From positions 1 to 64,000 of the forward strand of contig JBDOQK010000072.1 of the NCBI GenBank assembly GCA_040437565.1: a DNA stretch of 64,000 bases, read 5' to 3'. This document shows positions 25,993 to 39,076 of this stretch, in pieces. The notes beneath the pieces are model-generated. The model was not told the DNA's origin. It searched no databases and saw only the letters and a program-made list of their open reading frames with translations. The stretch comes from Albugo candida. Its lineage: Eukaryota. Made by a program: the position numbers and the translations under genes. How positions within the stretch are numbered: the stretch's first letter is position 1; each line of letters opens with the position of its first letter.

Positions 25993-27556
25993 ATGTCAAT
26001 TTATCATCAAAATGAGCCATATTCCAGGCCAACAAGTACTTGGCTTCCTGAGAAATGTCAACTTTTTCTCGAGCAGTATCGGAATTGGGTACTAGGAAAC
26101 ACTCCAATGGCTCGATATTTGGAAAATGCGCTGTACATCGCCCCGCAATTTGTCCCTGTACGCTGTGTTGATTGATGATCCCACACTCTGCTCAATTGAA
26201 TTAAACAGAATCGTATTTGTGACTCTGAAACTTCAACTGAGGCTGGGTATGCCTTTGTCGGACTACTTCATTTGTACCATGACTCGATATTATTGCAAGC
26301 CCAGAACTCTGAAATTGTTACATCTTTGAGGTAAGATGCTTGCAAATCGATAGAGCTGGTCCAATCGATCGCTGCATGCTCGCTGTAGGAAAGATAGATT
26401 TATACGATTTTTTCGTGTGCCTCTCTCAATCATCGGGAAAACACAATTTTTGATCGAACTGTTGTGTCGAAAACATGGCAGCGATCAATCTCGGTGGAAG
26501 ATGGTTTTGATCATATATGTCTTTCTCTTGAAACGTGCTGAATATCGTTGTGCCCTAGATTATCCTGATCGAGACTTTGAAGTATGTCTGCAAAGTTTTG
26601 TTGTTGTTGAGTGAGCACAAAGCAAATATGTTGCTGCAGAATGGCTATGTACGATGTTATGCACTCCAGAGAGCTTGTGGCTCTAACAGGGTTATGTCTT
26701 ATAGTACAGAACATCTGAATTACCAAGAGCTTCTAGGGTGCCATTCATGCGAACGCCTATTAGAGCACAAGTCGAAGGTCAGAATGATAAACAACCATAC
26801 AGGCCAAATGTCATTTTCTTGACGCTTGGACTCAGAAGATCAAAATGTGGTGTCTACGACTCCCATGGATAGCTCCTGTACCAAAATTCTTGTTCAGGTT
26901 CGTTTTCTTTTTGCAGTTAGAAAAGTTCTTGCGCCATTGCTCACCTACATAAATGCAAAGAATCCTACTCTATGTATCGAAACAGCAAGACCAAGGCTCT
27001 TAATGATGGGAGAATTGTTACACATTACTCGACCGCTTGTGTATACTATTTTGCGCTCAATGAAGAATGATACGAGTTGGAGTCCCGCGATAGTTTCGTT
27101 TTGTTGCGAAAGCATTGGGTTTGGAATGTTATTTTTCTCTCGAATAATGTCCTCAGGCAACATGCTGTAGACTGCTGGCTTCAATCATGGCATTACGGTC
27201 GGACCGGGAGAAAAATACAAAGTTGAATTGCAAAGCAGCGCAGGAGCTATCATCAAGAAAGGCACGTGAAATACTATATCAATGCGTTGTCTCAACACTT
27301 GATCTGACATTACTGGTCCAGTTGGCACTTTTGCTCTATTTCTTACGAGATCCATTGTATCAACTTGCCACAAGGCGAGCTGCTGAAAAGGTATGCGATA
27401 ATCACTTGCTATTTCGCTCGTTTTATGATCTTAATTTGATGCTAGACCTGCATCAAACTTGATTCTACTCCAATACTCGGTAAACTCGCTCGAATGGCAG
27501 CCTCGGGACTATTGGACTATTACCATCGGAATCACTTTTACAATTCCGCATCTTGA
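25993..27556 (+). CDS. PEX16: Peroxisomal membrane biogenesis protein PEX16, multi-exon
   Basis: LEQYRNWVLGN, EAGYAFVGLLHLYHDSI, SRWKMVLII, GELLHITRPLVY, SWSP, LLYFLRDPLY and final exon PILGKL...DYYHRNHFYNSAS*. Confidence 0.85.
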
Positions 27557-28450
27557 TCTCGCGCGATCTCGAAAGTGTCGTCGTGCAAACACATATAAAA
27601 TAACAAGTATGCCGTTGACTCCGTTTCCTATTTACATTCGTAATGGCTGAGTCCCAAAATTTCCTTATCATCGTATAATAACCATGTGTTTTTACCATCA
27701 TAATGGCCAGAAGCTATATACGTCCCAATATGGACACAAACCGCGTAAAGCTGATAAAGTCGTGGCAGATCGCTGATGGGAATGATTAAAGCCGGATTCA
27801 AGTCGAGATAAACTCCCTCCGAGAACGGGAAGCTGATTCTGTTACTCACTGGCTTGCATCAGCCTGATTGAAGCACCGCAACTGGATTTATAAGGACTTT
27901 GGTGGCGCGATGGAGCATGAAGAATGACAGCAAAAGTCTTATTTTCTTTCCTCAAATACTCGACGGCGTAACTCAATTCGAGACACTGCTGTAAATTCTA
28001 ATACGATAAAAAGACCAAAAATACGAACAGACAGAATATTACACGCGATACGAGCTCGAGAGTATTTTTTATAATGAGCATGGCTTACCGCGCTTTCTTG
28101 ATGTGCGCAAGACAAATGACCACATTCGACGCATTGTGAGCCGTATGCTGCATAGTTGTTAAATAGTTTCGTAATGACTGACCAATTCTCAGCTTGATTC
28201 ATCGTCATCTAATGTCTCCAATCGTATCTGCGAGCAAATAGATGCGAATGAAAAAATATGAGTCAGCGCCAAATTCGCTTATTAGTAACGTCCGCGTACA
28301 CCAGCGATTAGCACTTTTGCAGAGCTCAAGACGCTCTTCATGGACTTGCAGCAGTTGGAATAGCGGAATCTTATTTTCTGGGTACTCGCTAGAGGGGACT
28401 GGAATCCTCCCGCGTCCCACTGAATGGTACCCATACAATCAAAAGGATAG
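27538..28450 (-). pseudogene. Disrupted ubiquitin-specific protease (peptidase C19)
   Basis: SVITKLF..SQCVECGHLS (finger); frameshifted P-KVLI/IQLRCF; YQLYAVCVHIG..SGHY (His box); WLLYDD; in-frame TAG 27628-27630 followed by TAYLLFY. The 5' limit is uncertain. Confidence 0.75.
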
Positions 28451-30767
28451 AAAGTCCTGTATCCTGGTGATCAATATGGTCCACATAGCTCCTTCATGTT
28501 AGTCTCCTTCCCTCTACATCTTGCTGTTGCTGAATTTTTGGTGCTTCAAAAATAGAGGAGTACATCTATGTGCGGCACTCAGAAAGTGATGATACTTTGA
28601 TCTTGACTTCTCCTGAATGTTTTTTCCTGTTCTAGTATCACAAATTGGGTACAAGCTTCATGTGGTTCGATCGTTTCACCAAATAGATGCCACGGTTATA
28701 TCGTCCGCCAAGGCACAGAGACATATCAGTACAGCGTTCACATGTAGTGTGTATTTGTCAGAGATAATGCAAGCGGCCGTCTAGGGATTTGATATCGGTC
28801 CATTCCAGTATTAAGCTTGATAAAAAGATTATGGAATGTGTGTTCAACGATATACTCTATCTACCGTCATGTATAGCGTAGCTTTTGATCCTCCGCGAGG
28901 AAGATATTGCGTTTATACAGTGTTTGGATTTGATTTAGGCTCACAGTGTAGTCGTCACTTCGAATTTGACTTGTGCTATCTTTCTCCGAGATGCGTGGAA
29001 ATATCAACAAACACCGAATGCAATCCGATATAGACGAGGAAATCAATTACCCCGCTGCCGTTTAGTGACGAAGTAGACGTAACATTCAAGTGGATCACAT
29101 TCTACTGACAATACGAAGACTATTATCGAGCAGTAGATGACTTGATGCATGGGACTGAAGCTGTTACTTGTTTACCACACAATCATATCGTGGAAGCTAT
29201 GCTAACGGAAGCAATTGGCGTATTCATTCACACTTCGTTGCGATACTGATTGTTGCTTCAACAAGCACCCTTGCCGACGAATTGAAAAGTCTTAGCGATG
29301 AAACTGTAAAAGTATCGTACATCGTCGTGCATTGTAGCATTGGTGAGACACGTCTACTATAAAAGACTTAGGGAATACATCGATAGCCTAACAAGTCTCG
29401 AATCAGTTCATAGTCTGTTTTCTCTCATAACGGCTTTTTTACGTGTGTCTGATTCGGCATCACGNNNNNNNNNNNNNNNNNNNNNNNNNNNNNNNNNNNN
29501 NNNNNNNNNNNNNNNNNNNNNNNNNNNNNNNNNNNNNNNNNNNNNNNNNNNNNNNNNNNNNNNNCTCGAATCAGTTCATAGTCTGTTTTCTCTCATAACG
29601 GCTTTTTTACGTGTGTCTGATTCGGCACTACGAGTGTTGTGTGCCAAATATCTACCTACCCGAAATATTTCTTCCCTCGCAGCAGGAGTATGCCTTCTAT
29701 CAACATGTTAACCCTCGCACGTTCATATATGATCCTACGGTATCAACACTCTCTGATCAAGTAATGACGCAAGTATAGAATAGAGTGTGTGCGTTCAACG
29801 TTTGATGAGGAAAGTTTGACATTGGAAAAGACTCAGTTTGCCTAAAAATCGCGACTGAGGTATAGAAAGGGATGTATTCACGATCCAGGCTCAACAGCTT
29901 TCAAGACTTCTTTCAACTGAGCCTACTTACAGACTGGTTCTTTTTCAATGTCTCATGATTTGCTGAGTGAAGTAATGCGACGGCATAATAAATCTTTGAG
30001 TCATCATTAGTGACGACTTAATGTGCATTGTACTGACAGCGTGATGTACTATTGCAGTCTTTTATAAAACATGGCGTGTCACTGTCAGGCTTCTGATGGC
30101 TTCATCGTTAACGAAGAAGCGCGCCTTACATTCTAAGCTTTTTTTTGTAGCTGTTAGTTGCTGTTAAGAAAGCCACAAACAACGCGATTGGTCCATTTTT
30201 TGAAAAAATGGGCAGCATCATTTATATTTTGTGAAAGATTGCCGAAAAAATGAAATGTTTGTTCTTAATCAAGTACATGGAAGAGAGCACGATCGAATAT
30301 TTCCACCGTAAAAATCGAAAATTTTCGGGGACCTAAATGTGGAAGATTTCTTAGCATCAAATTAGTTTTGAAAGATCATGATGTTATGAGGGCTGATTTT
30401 GACCAAACAGCCTTTTGAGAAAATATTATACCACAACAGAAATAAGTAAACNNNNNNNNNNNNNNNNNNNNNNNNNNNNNNNNNNNNNNNNNNNNNNNNN
30501 NNNNNNNNNNNNNNNNNNNNNNNNNNNNNNNNNNNNNNNNNNNNNNNNNNNACCACAACAGAAATAAGTAAACAAAGTGATTCAATAAAGCATCAAAATG
30601 CAATGAGAAAGTTACACGTTGTAGGCTATTTTATCGCTTATAATTTCTGATAATTGTTACCAACTTCTGAGAAATTATGGATTTGAGAATTTCAGAGATG
30701 TTCACTTTCGTTTTTCTCGGACATTGTCAACCATCGTCAACGAAATCGGCAAGCTTTTGAGGACTAT

Positions 30768-31376
30768 ATGGTGACCTCCCAAAGCATTTCTCCGTTCATT
30801 CGCAAGCGTAAACGTTTGTTGGTAGAAGCTTCAAGCAGTATGGAATATAATACGGAACTATCAGCCAACTCGCCATACTCGATGCAGGCTATATTCAAAC
30901 ATGATCAACCGCAGACTCGACGATGTACCAACACCGCACGAAGTCTACAACATCTCATCCTAGAAAGTGACGATTCTAGTGGTAGCTGTAGTAGAATTGA
31001 AGTGATAACTAGCCTGACGAGCGATGGATGGAAGAGTATCGAATATGAAGAATATATAGCAGAAGTACTTCAGGTCCGAGAAGATTTGTCATTGTTTTTA
31101 AATATCATCCTGGATTTATGTAAGGACCTATCTAATGAGGGCGGCACATCCCAATTATATTGCCAGCAACTTCAAATATACGCCCATCAAGTTACAAATT
31201 ATGAAAATGAGCATTCGAGCAGAAGCACGGACGAATTGTGTGATCTCCTATCACTCATATGTCATGATTTGAACTGCTTTTATCGGCAGCATCTTCACAT
31301 TTTGGATTTGCAAGAACAGTTCGCAGCATGTAGAGATCGTTTTTTCAATCTTTTAGTCAAGAAAGAGGATCTCTGA
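30768..31376 (+). CDS. Hypothetical protein (202 aa, helical C-terminus, basic RKRKR NLS-like motif)
   Basis: Single uninterrupted ATG-initiated ORF convergent with COQ8. No family recognised. Confidence 0.65.
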   Translation: MVTSQSISPFIRKRKRLLVEASSSMEYNTELSANSPYSMQAIFKHDQPQTRRCTNTARSLQHLILESDDSSGSCSRIEVITSLTSDGWKSIEYEEYIAEVLQVREDLSLFLNIILDLCKDLSNEGGTSQLYCQQLQIYAHQVTNYENEHSSRSTDELCDLLSLICHDLNCFYRQHLHILDLQEQFAACRDRFFNLLVKKEDL

Positions 31377-31437
31377 CAAAGAAATATGGTAATCGTGTAT
31401 ATGATCAATAATTTGTAGACATTTATTCACTTGAGTC

Positions 31438-33584
31438 TCAGCTTTCCGAATTATAGTACTTTTCATGTATCTTTTCCAATACGTCTCGACACGTAATGAC
31501 TGCTTTCAGTTTGATACAAATCAGAAATGCCCCAGCGAGCTTTCGATGTAAGGAATAGACTTCTTGTGGTGGAGGAGTCAAGCGACCGTGAACAAAAGTC
31601 TCAGTGTGTTGTGCCAATCGTTTGGTCAGATGGCTTTGTGAAAAATCGAATGGTTTGGAGGATAGAAAAGGCTCGCCAACAACCATCCCAGCCGCTACAT
31701 GGGCTTGCAACATTGTTTGAGATTCGTCTCCCGTTAAAAATCTCATTTTGATCGAATGTTGAAGCATTTTTTGTTCGTCATGATTCGCCGCAGCCCATAC
31801 GACGTTAAAATAGTCCTTTACGAACTCTTGACCATACTCTCGTGCAGCTCCAAAATCAATCAGCCCGATTTTATTTGTTGTTCCATCGTACATGAAATTG
31901 CTCCAATTCGGATCAGTTTGCATGAATTTCCAGTCAAATAGTTCTCGCATCGTGAGTTCTAAGATACGCCGTGCAATGGTATTCCGTACCGTTTGTGAGA
32001 GTTCAGAAGCCTTATCAATCGCGATCCCCGATATTAATTCCGTCGTCAGAACACGAGAGGTACTGAGGTCATGATACACTCGCGGAACGAGAAATTCATC
32101 CTCCATTCCTGATTGATTGACTAGCATACGAAAGTAGTCTTGATTCTTAGCCTCGCTTTTGTAATCGCATTCAAGCGTCAACTCCTCTTTTCCAACTCTA
32201 TCAAGAATCAGATTAAGCTTTCAATAAAAAGTGTGCTCGATTACGTACCGGATGATCTCGTCAATGTACAGACCACGAGGGAGGATATTTGTATATGTTA
32301 CAAGTCGTTTGAGATTGGTCAAATCGCTTTCGATACTTTCTGCGACACCCGGATATTGGACTTTGATTGCAACACGGTCCCCACTGGTCAGTATAGCTCG
32401 ATGAACCTTCATGATTTTGTAAATAGCAGTTAGGTGGACTTTGTATGCATTCTCACGAATTTGCAAGTACCTGTCCGATAGAAGCTGCAGCGATCGGATT
32501 GTCATCGAATTCTTTGAAATGGGATGACCATGATTGACCGAGTTCTGTTTCTAACTGCGCATGCAATTGAGCTTTAGGCATGACATTCGCACTAGAGCAG
32601 AGGTGTTAATATCAAGTGATGCAGGATGGGAAGCAAATGTCATGGTTCTCACTTTTGTCGCACTCGATCAAGCGCTATGGAGAGCTTGGAAGGCACCAAA
32701 TTCTCGTCTTGTATGCTCAACATTTGCCCAAGCTTCAGTGCCGCACCACGCATTGTGCAGAGAGTTTCAGCAAGTTTCTCGACATTTGCATCGGACATTA
32801 GCGCACCATAAGCGCCTGATTTACCTCCGCTTTTGACTATTTCAGTCGCAGTTCCGACCGCTAGTTTAGCAGCTAAACTACCAAAACCAATAATACGCGA
32901 AAGAGGCGATGAAGGAACTTGACGCTCTTTCCAGATCGGATGATCGAATTCAAAAGACGGTAGATCTGCTGTCGTATGTTTTCTTTCTTCAGATATCGGC
33001 GTTCTAGAAGAAGTGTCTTTATCTGATACACTATTTGTGACTTCTAACGATATTTGTTGCTGATTTTTATCGGTTCGTTTTCCGGTCAAATCACATTTAG
33101 AACTCATAGGTACGTGCGGCTTGGATTCCTCGCTTTTGGGCTTCACCATCGGTATCGGGCTTTCCCCCGAGCTTCCGGTTTCATGAAGCCTTTCAATTGA
33201 ACGTTTAAAAAATTGCTCATGATCCTTCCTTGCGGCAGCATCTATTTCTGCTACCGTTTTCGACGTTGATTGCTGTAAATTGCTTCCATAGTTCGTTTGT
33301 ATCTCATGCACTTTTGCATTGGGTAAGTCCGCAACATCTCTTTTGATTTCGTTATCTGAGTTTTGTATTGGCACAGAATTTGCACAAGTATCGGCAGAGT
33401 TCGGACGCTCATTTCGTTGAGACTGCATAGCGCGAAGCACATCTTTTGGTAAGTGTGCGAGTTCTGATGCATGCTTTGAAAGTCGAGTAGCCTCATTGAT
33501 AACAGTTGGCACCTGATCCTCAAGTGCCTTACTTGCAACAATTGTGGCTCCTTGCAGCACACGCCAAAAGTCTCGAGACCACAT
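31438..33584 (-). CDS. COQ8: Atypical ABC1/UbiB kinase COQ8 (ADCK3/4-like), multi-exon
   Basis: RQVPSSPLSR, MRGAALKLGQMLS (KxGQ), AAASIGQ-VH, VAIKVQYPGV, LECDY..EA, MQTDPNWSNF, LIDFGA and RLTPPP..YSLHRKLAG. Confidence 0.96.
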
Positions 33585-34048
33585 AATTATGAAACTTTGA
33601 CAATTCTCGTGATAGAACTATTAGTGATTGGCTATTAGTGAGTTGTACAACACGTTTTTTCACATTTTTCTGAAAAAATTAACGATCTTGGATCGCTCTA
33701 GCGACAAATCTGAATTGCTTGACACTACATCAAACCCAATGAGACCGTGTCAATTCTATTGTGATCAAGCTTGTCAAAGGGTGTATTCATACTGATTCTA
33801 CTATGTCTCACGATATGGTAATCAGACTCGACTATGATCGAGCCAATCTCGAGCTTTTATCGGTTCATACAAATCAAAACCGCTATACAGAGTGAAAGCG
33901 ATTATTGTTAATTGCATGAATTTTTGCTTACTTGACGCTCCATTGCGACTATTATGACCAAATCAGGAAAACACAAGCTAAAAATTGGCATACGATGCCA
34001 CGACTCTAACTATGACCGATATCTGATGCCATGATGCGTAAACCATCG

Positions 34049-35888
34049 TTATGTAGTAGATTAGAGGCAGCATCATGATCTTTTACCCAACAGCGAACAT
34101 ATAGCTGAAGTGTCTCCAATGCCAAGGGATGGAATCTGCATTTGATCTTGCTTCATGTTAGCTACATATAAACTTGTCCGTGGAGAGAACCGCGTATGTG
34201 GTACCATTTATTTGAGACCATTTAGTAGAAATGCTTGATTCACCGTGATCTCTGCCTCTGAGCTTGCTGCTTGAGGTCTGCACTGCGCATATCTTTTTCC
34301 TTCCATGTTCGTGTATAAAAAAAAGCTTGTGCCTTCGCCCAACTCTCATGTCTTTGCAGAATCTCCTTCATCAACTCTTTATTTGGAGAATAGATCCATG
34401 CTCCTCAATATACCTTCGGATCCAGCCGAGTGCTATGTTTTGTGCAAAGTCCCACTTTTGTTACGTTCTTTTGCTCTCCATACAGACTTGAAGCATTTGA
34501 GGCTTGGTCTTGCACTGGTCAACCATACTATACGAAACCCGTATATCGAAAATATCGTCCAGGATTTGTTCGACGCTGATGCTGGCTCCTTCTCTGCTAC
34601 AAGTGATCTATCGAATTTCTGGGCGTCTGATTGATCCACTAACCACTCTGCAGGGCATTTATTGAAGTGTTGCTCATTCCCTTCATAATTTACAGACGCT
34701 TACGCCAGCTGAAATCATCCTCACAATCTGTGGTATCTGGCCTGCAAACGCTTTCACATTATTTCACTACTTTCCTACTGTCCACGGACTGTCCAATGAC
34801 GATCTTATCCGTCTTCTAAATGTATCCTTTCGGCTCGACACCGAATAATGCAAGTCAGCATCTATGTCCTTCTCAGTCGGATCTATCTGTATACAATATA
34901 TTGGGCTAACTCGAGTTGNNNNNNNNNNNNNNNNNNNNNNNNNNNNNNNNNNNNNNNNNNNNNNNNNNNNNNNNNNNNNNNNNNNNNNNNNNNNNNNNNN
35001 NNNNNNNNNNNNNNNNNNTTATGTAGTAGATTAGAGGCAGCATCATGATCTTTTACCCAACAGCGAACATATAGCTGAAGTGTCTCCAATGCCAAGGGAT
35101 GGAATCTGCATTTGATCTTGCTTCATGTTAGCTACATATAAACTTGTCCGTGGAGAGAACCGCGTATGTGGTACCATTTATTTGAGACCATTTAGTAGAA
35201 ATGCTTGATTCACCGTGATCTCTGCCTCTGAGCTTGCTGCTTGAGGTCTGCACTGCGCATATCTTTTTCCTTCCATGTTCGTGTATAAAAAAAAGCTTGT
35301 GCCTTCGCCCAACTCTCATGTCTTTGCAGAATCTCCTTCATCAACTCTTTATTTGGAGAATAGATCCATGCTCCTCAATATACCTTCGGATCCAGCCGAG
35401 TGCTATGTTTTGTGCAAAGTCCCACTTTTGTTACGTTCTTTTGCTCTCCATACAGACTTGAAGCATTTGAGGCTTGGTCTTGCACTGGTCAACCATACTA
35501 TACGAAACCCGTATATCGAAAATATCGTCCAGGATTTGTTCGACGCTGATGCTGGCTCCTTCTCTGCTACAAGTGATCTATCGAATTTCTGGGCGTCTGA
35601 TTGATCCACTAACCACTCTGCAGGGCATTTATTGAAGTGTTGCTCATTCCCTTCATAATTTACAGACGCTTACGCCAGCTGAAATCATCCTCACAATCTG
35701 TGGTATCTGGCCTGCAAACGCTTTCACATTATTTCACTACTTTCCTACTGTCCACGGACTGTCCAATGACGATCTTATCCGTCTTCTAAATGTATCCTTT
35801 CGGCTCGACACCGAATAATGCAAGTCAGCATCTATGTCCTTCTCAGTCGGATCTATCTGTATACAATATATTGGGCTAACTCGAGTTG
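34049..35888. repeat. ~870-bp identical duplication across an N-gap (assembly overlap)
   Basis: 34049-34918 is repeated at 35019-35888 on either side of 100 Ns. Confidence 0.85.
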
Positions 35889-35957
35889 AGTTACCTTTCG
35901 GAGCCTCCTGTGTAGCACAATTACCACAAGCTTCACCATTAACAGCTTTATTTGTTA

Positions 35958-36999
35958 TTACTCTTTGTTGCAAATTCTAAATTGCGTCAGAAGAATATCA
36001 ATAGAGGGGAGATGCACATATATGTCGACGTGCAATAAGAACTCGCGCACACCATGCACTGTAAACTATTCCGGCCGCGGCCATAACGCTGGGCTAAGCG
36101 TAGCAATGTTTGGGATTCATGTAATCGACTAAATCGACCGGTAGTTTAAAGCATAGTACCAGGAAACATTATCTGGTATATAAACGAATACAACGGATGA
36201 AACACTGGATAGGGAATCTTTCAAACGCATCTTTGCGTGAGAGGTAGCACCGAAGTAGCGGTGATTATTTGCCTTCAAACTGAGCCGGAAAGTACGAAGG
36301 CTTCTCATGGCTCTTGAAAATGTGATCAATGCCTTATGCGACGAGAGGAAGAGTAGAAGAGCTCACATTTCACATCTGAAATATCATTGGAAGGTTGATG
36401 CTAAGTGTGACAGTCTGGCACATTGCATNNNNNNNNNNNNNNNNNNNNNNNNNNNNNNNNNNNNNNNNNNNNNNNNNNNNNNNNNNNNNNNNNNNNNNNN
36501 NNNNNNNNNNNNNNNNNNNNNNNNNNNNTTACTCTTTGTTGCAAATTCTAAATTGCGTCAGAAGAATATCAATAGAGGGGAGATGCACATATATGTCGAC
36601 GTGCAATAAGAACTCGCGCACACCATGCACTGTAAACTATTCCGGCCGCGGCCATAACGCTGGGCTAAGCGTAGCAATGTTTGGGATTCATGTAATCGAC
36701 TAAATCGACCGGTAGTTTAAAGCATAGTACCAGGAAACATTATCTGGTATATAAACGAATACAACGGATGAAACACTGGATAGGGAATCTTTCAAACGCA
36801 TCTTTGCGTGAGAGGTAGCACCGAAGTAGCGGTGATTATTTGCCTTCAAACTGAGCCGGAAAGTACGAAGGCTTCTCATGGCTCTTGAAAATGTGATCAA
36901 TGCCTTATGCGACGAGAGGAAGAGTAGAAGAGCTCACATTTCACATCTGAAATATCATTGGAAGGTTGATGCTAAGTGTGACAGTCTGGCACATTGCAT
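35958..36999. repeat. ~470-bp identical duplication across an N-gap (assembly overlap)
   Basis: 35958-36428 is repeated at 36529-36999. Confidence 0.85.
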
Positions 37000-38499
37000 T
37001 GAGATCAAGCAAAGATCTCGCTCGAGCACAAAAGATCAATAACAATCCGTTGTGCGTGGCAATAAAGTATCTATTGCCACATTGACACTCGAATAGTGGA
37101 TAGAAACGCCGCAAAGGATATCCATCGACTTGGAAATCCTCAATTTGAAAGTAACAGATCATTGCCACAAAGTATGGACGGCAAGGTCTACCCGTGATGC
37201 CAGCTGCTGGTAGCAGATCACAAATCCTACATCAAATTCACGTCTACGCAACAGCTAGAGTCAAAAGATACCAAATGGTCATCTGGAAGACAGTATGATC
37301 GTGATCAAAAATGGTAAAATAGTTTTTCTCGCCGTGCAATTCATATCACTGAATCCCGTAAATCATCATCCTCTTTCACAATGGGCTCAGAAGTGAAAGT
37401 TATACGAAACCAATTCCAACAACTACAAGAAGGCTCGTGAGAAATTGAGAGAAAACAAGCCAGCGCTGTCCTGAAGCTTTCTTATTTTGAAAGCGGCATC
37501 GGAAATCTTTGCTTAATGCGAGCCCATCCTTTATCGAGTCGGATGCGAAATCTGGACACACGCTCAATGCGCCTCAAGAGAATCATCGTCAACGGCATCC
37601 ACACGAACAGTGTGTATAGGTATGCGACTTTCAATATCAAAATGCGTAAAAGACGATCAGGTTGGAGAAAGCGAAGAATGCAAACGGACATACGTGCAGG
37701 ACATAGTGCAGAGCAGGTACCGCAAAGACGGACAAATGGCGTAGTATTTGTTGGGTGATTAATTAAAGTAAAGATAGTTTGCACTGTATAAGTTGACCGC
37801 ACCCAAATGCACCGTTCCATCATATTTATTTCAAGGCTACATCATGTGATCATGTTCTTATCTGCATCAATTGAAGAATTTACTTTGTCAATATCAGTGT
37901 TGTAGATTAACGATGAGTATAGAAATCAAGTTTCTGCATTCATTAGTGTTTATTGTTGACACATGCATGACTAGCAGGGATCAGATATTATCGCTAATAC
38001 AAGTGGTCTTGTGCTCATATACTATACATGTAGAATGTAACTTTTGTATACGAAATATCAAAGAATGTCATCAGCCTGCTGCGATAGGTATGGCAGTGAT
38101 TGTTAGCGCAAAGGATCTTGCGTAAGTCAAAAAGTGAATGATAACCGCCAAGGAATGATAGCGACCTTGAATGAGTACGATGCGCGTGCAACCAAATGCT
38201 CTAGCGCAATGAATGTATCAGATTCAGCTGTACGACCGCTTTAATTCGGTCTCACAAAGCAATTCTGACCGAGAATAATTATATTGTCCAGTCTCGCAGC
38301 CAAGATTTTACCTATTTACCTACACCACCTCGATTTTTCTAGCCTTTGATACGACTCCATATAATAACTGACATTTTGTATCTCTCATTTTAATATGTTC
38401 GTCTGTTTCCCCGCAGTTGCATCTGTGGCACAGCGGAATAACGCCTGCTTTGCCACTGTCTATTTATTCATGAGTGATATCACGTACATGTCTTCTACG

Positions 38500-38883
38500 C
38501 TTTCCAAACTAAGAACACACTCGTTGTAATCTCCAAGACATAAGGCATTATGAAAGCGAGACATAATATCATTTCGTAGTTCAGAGATTTGAGCATTTTT
38601 TGCAGCTTATCACTTTTCCCAATGGCGAGAATGATAATCGATCAAAGTTTTCTTGGGGAGTAGGTACGTTGATATGCCATTTCTAAGCCTTAAAATATTT
38701 TCTTGTCGAAAGGCTTCAGCGCCGAGATGATGCCAATATTCACCATAATCCATATTCATACGCTGAATTCAGAATCACAGGAAATTGCCAGCTTGAACCA
38801 GGTTTTCTCGTCTTTCAATGAAATGTAACGCAACTTCTGGGTACACTTTCTTGGTCAAATATGAGATGATTGCTTGGCCACAT
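38500..38883 (-). pseudogene. COPA: Coatomer alpha pseudogene, 3' fragment (homologous to COPA ~3720-4111)
   Basis: The reverse complement matches COPA, e.g. aagctgcaaaaaatgctcaaa..tctctgaa..acgaaatga and ggagattacaacgagtgtgttct, with indels. Confidence 0.92.
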
Positions 38884-39076
38884 TGTTCAACGGAATGATG
38901 CCAGTGCAAATGTAGAAGTGTTATTTATTGTTATCTACATGCTATGACTGTTTCGTCTCTTCACAAGACATCATCTTCGCCTGATTTTTCTACATCGTCC
39001 AAGGATAGAAACAGCCGTTACTCCGAAGTGGTCGGTCGACAGCAACGCTTTGACAGCGACTGTTGCTTTGCCAATA
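38884..39076 (-). repeat. 3' LTR of Copia A (193 bp)
   Basis: About 90% identical (hand count) to 41576-41768. Adjacent to the purine tract GAGGAGGAG on the minus strand. Confidence 0.92.

Noticed and set aside
29030..30200. Fragments faintly like APC5 N-terminus (LREYIDSLTSLESVHSLFSLI)
   Set aside because: Similarity is too weak and the frames are broken. It cannot be supported without a search.
37075..37134. VDRNAAKDIHRLG resembles the TnpB/Fanzor RuvC-III motif DxNAAxNI
   Set aside because: No upstream RuvC-I/II motifs, CxxC zinc ribbon pair, long ORF or transposon ends. Treated as chance.
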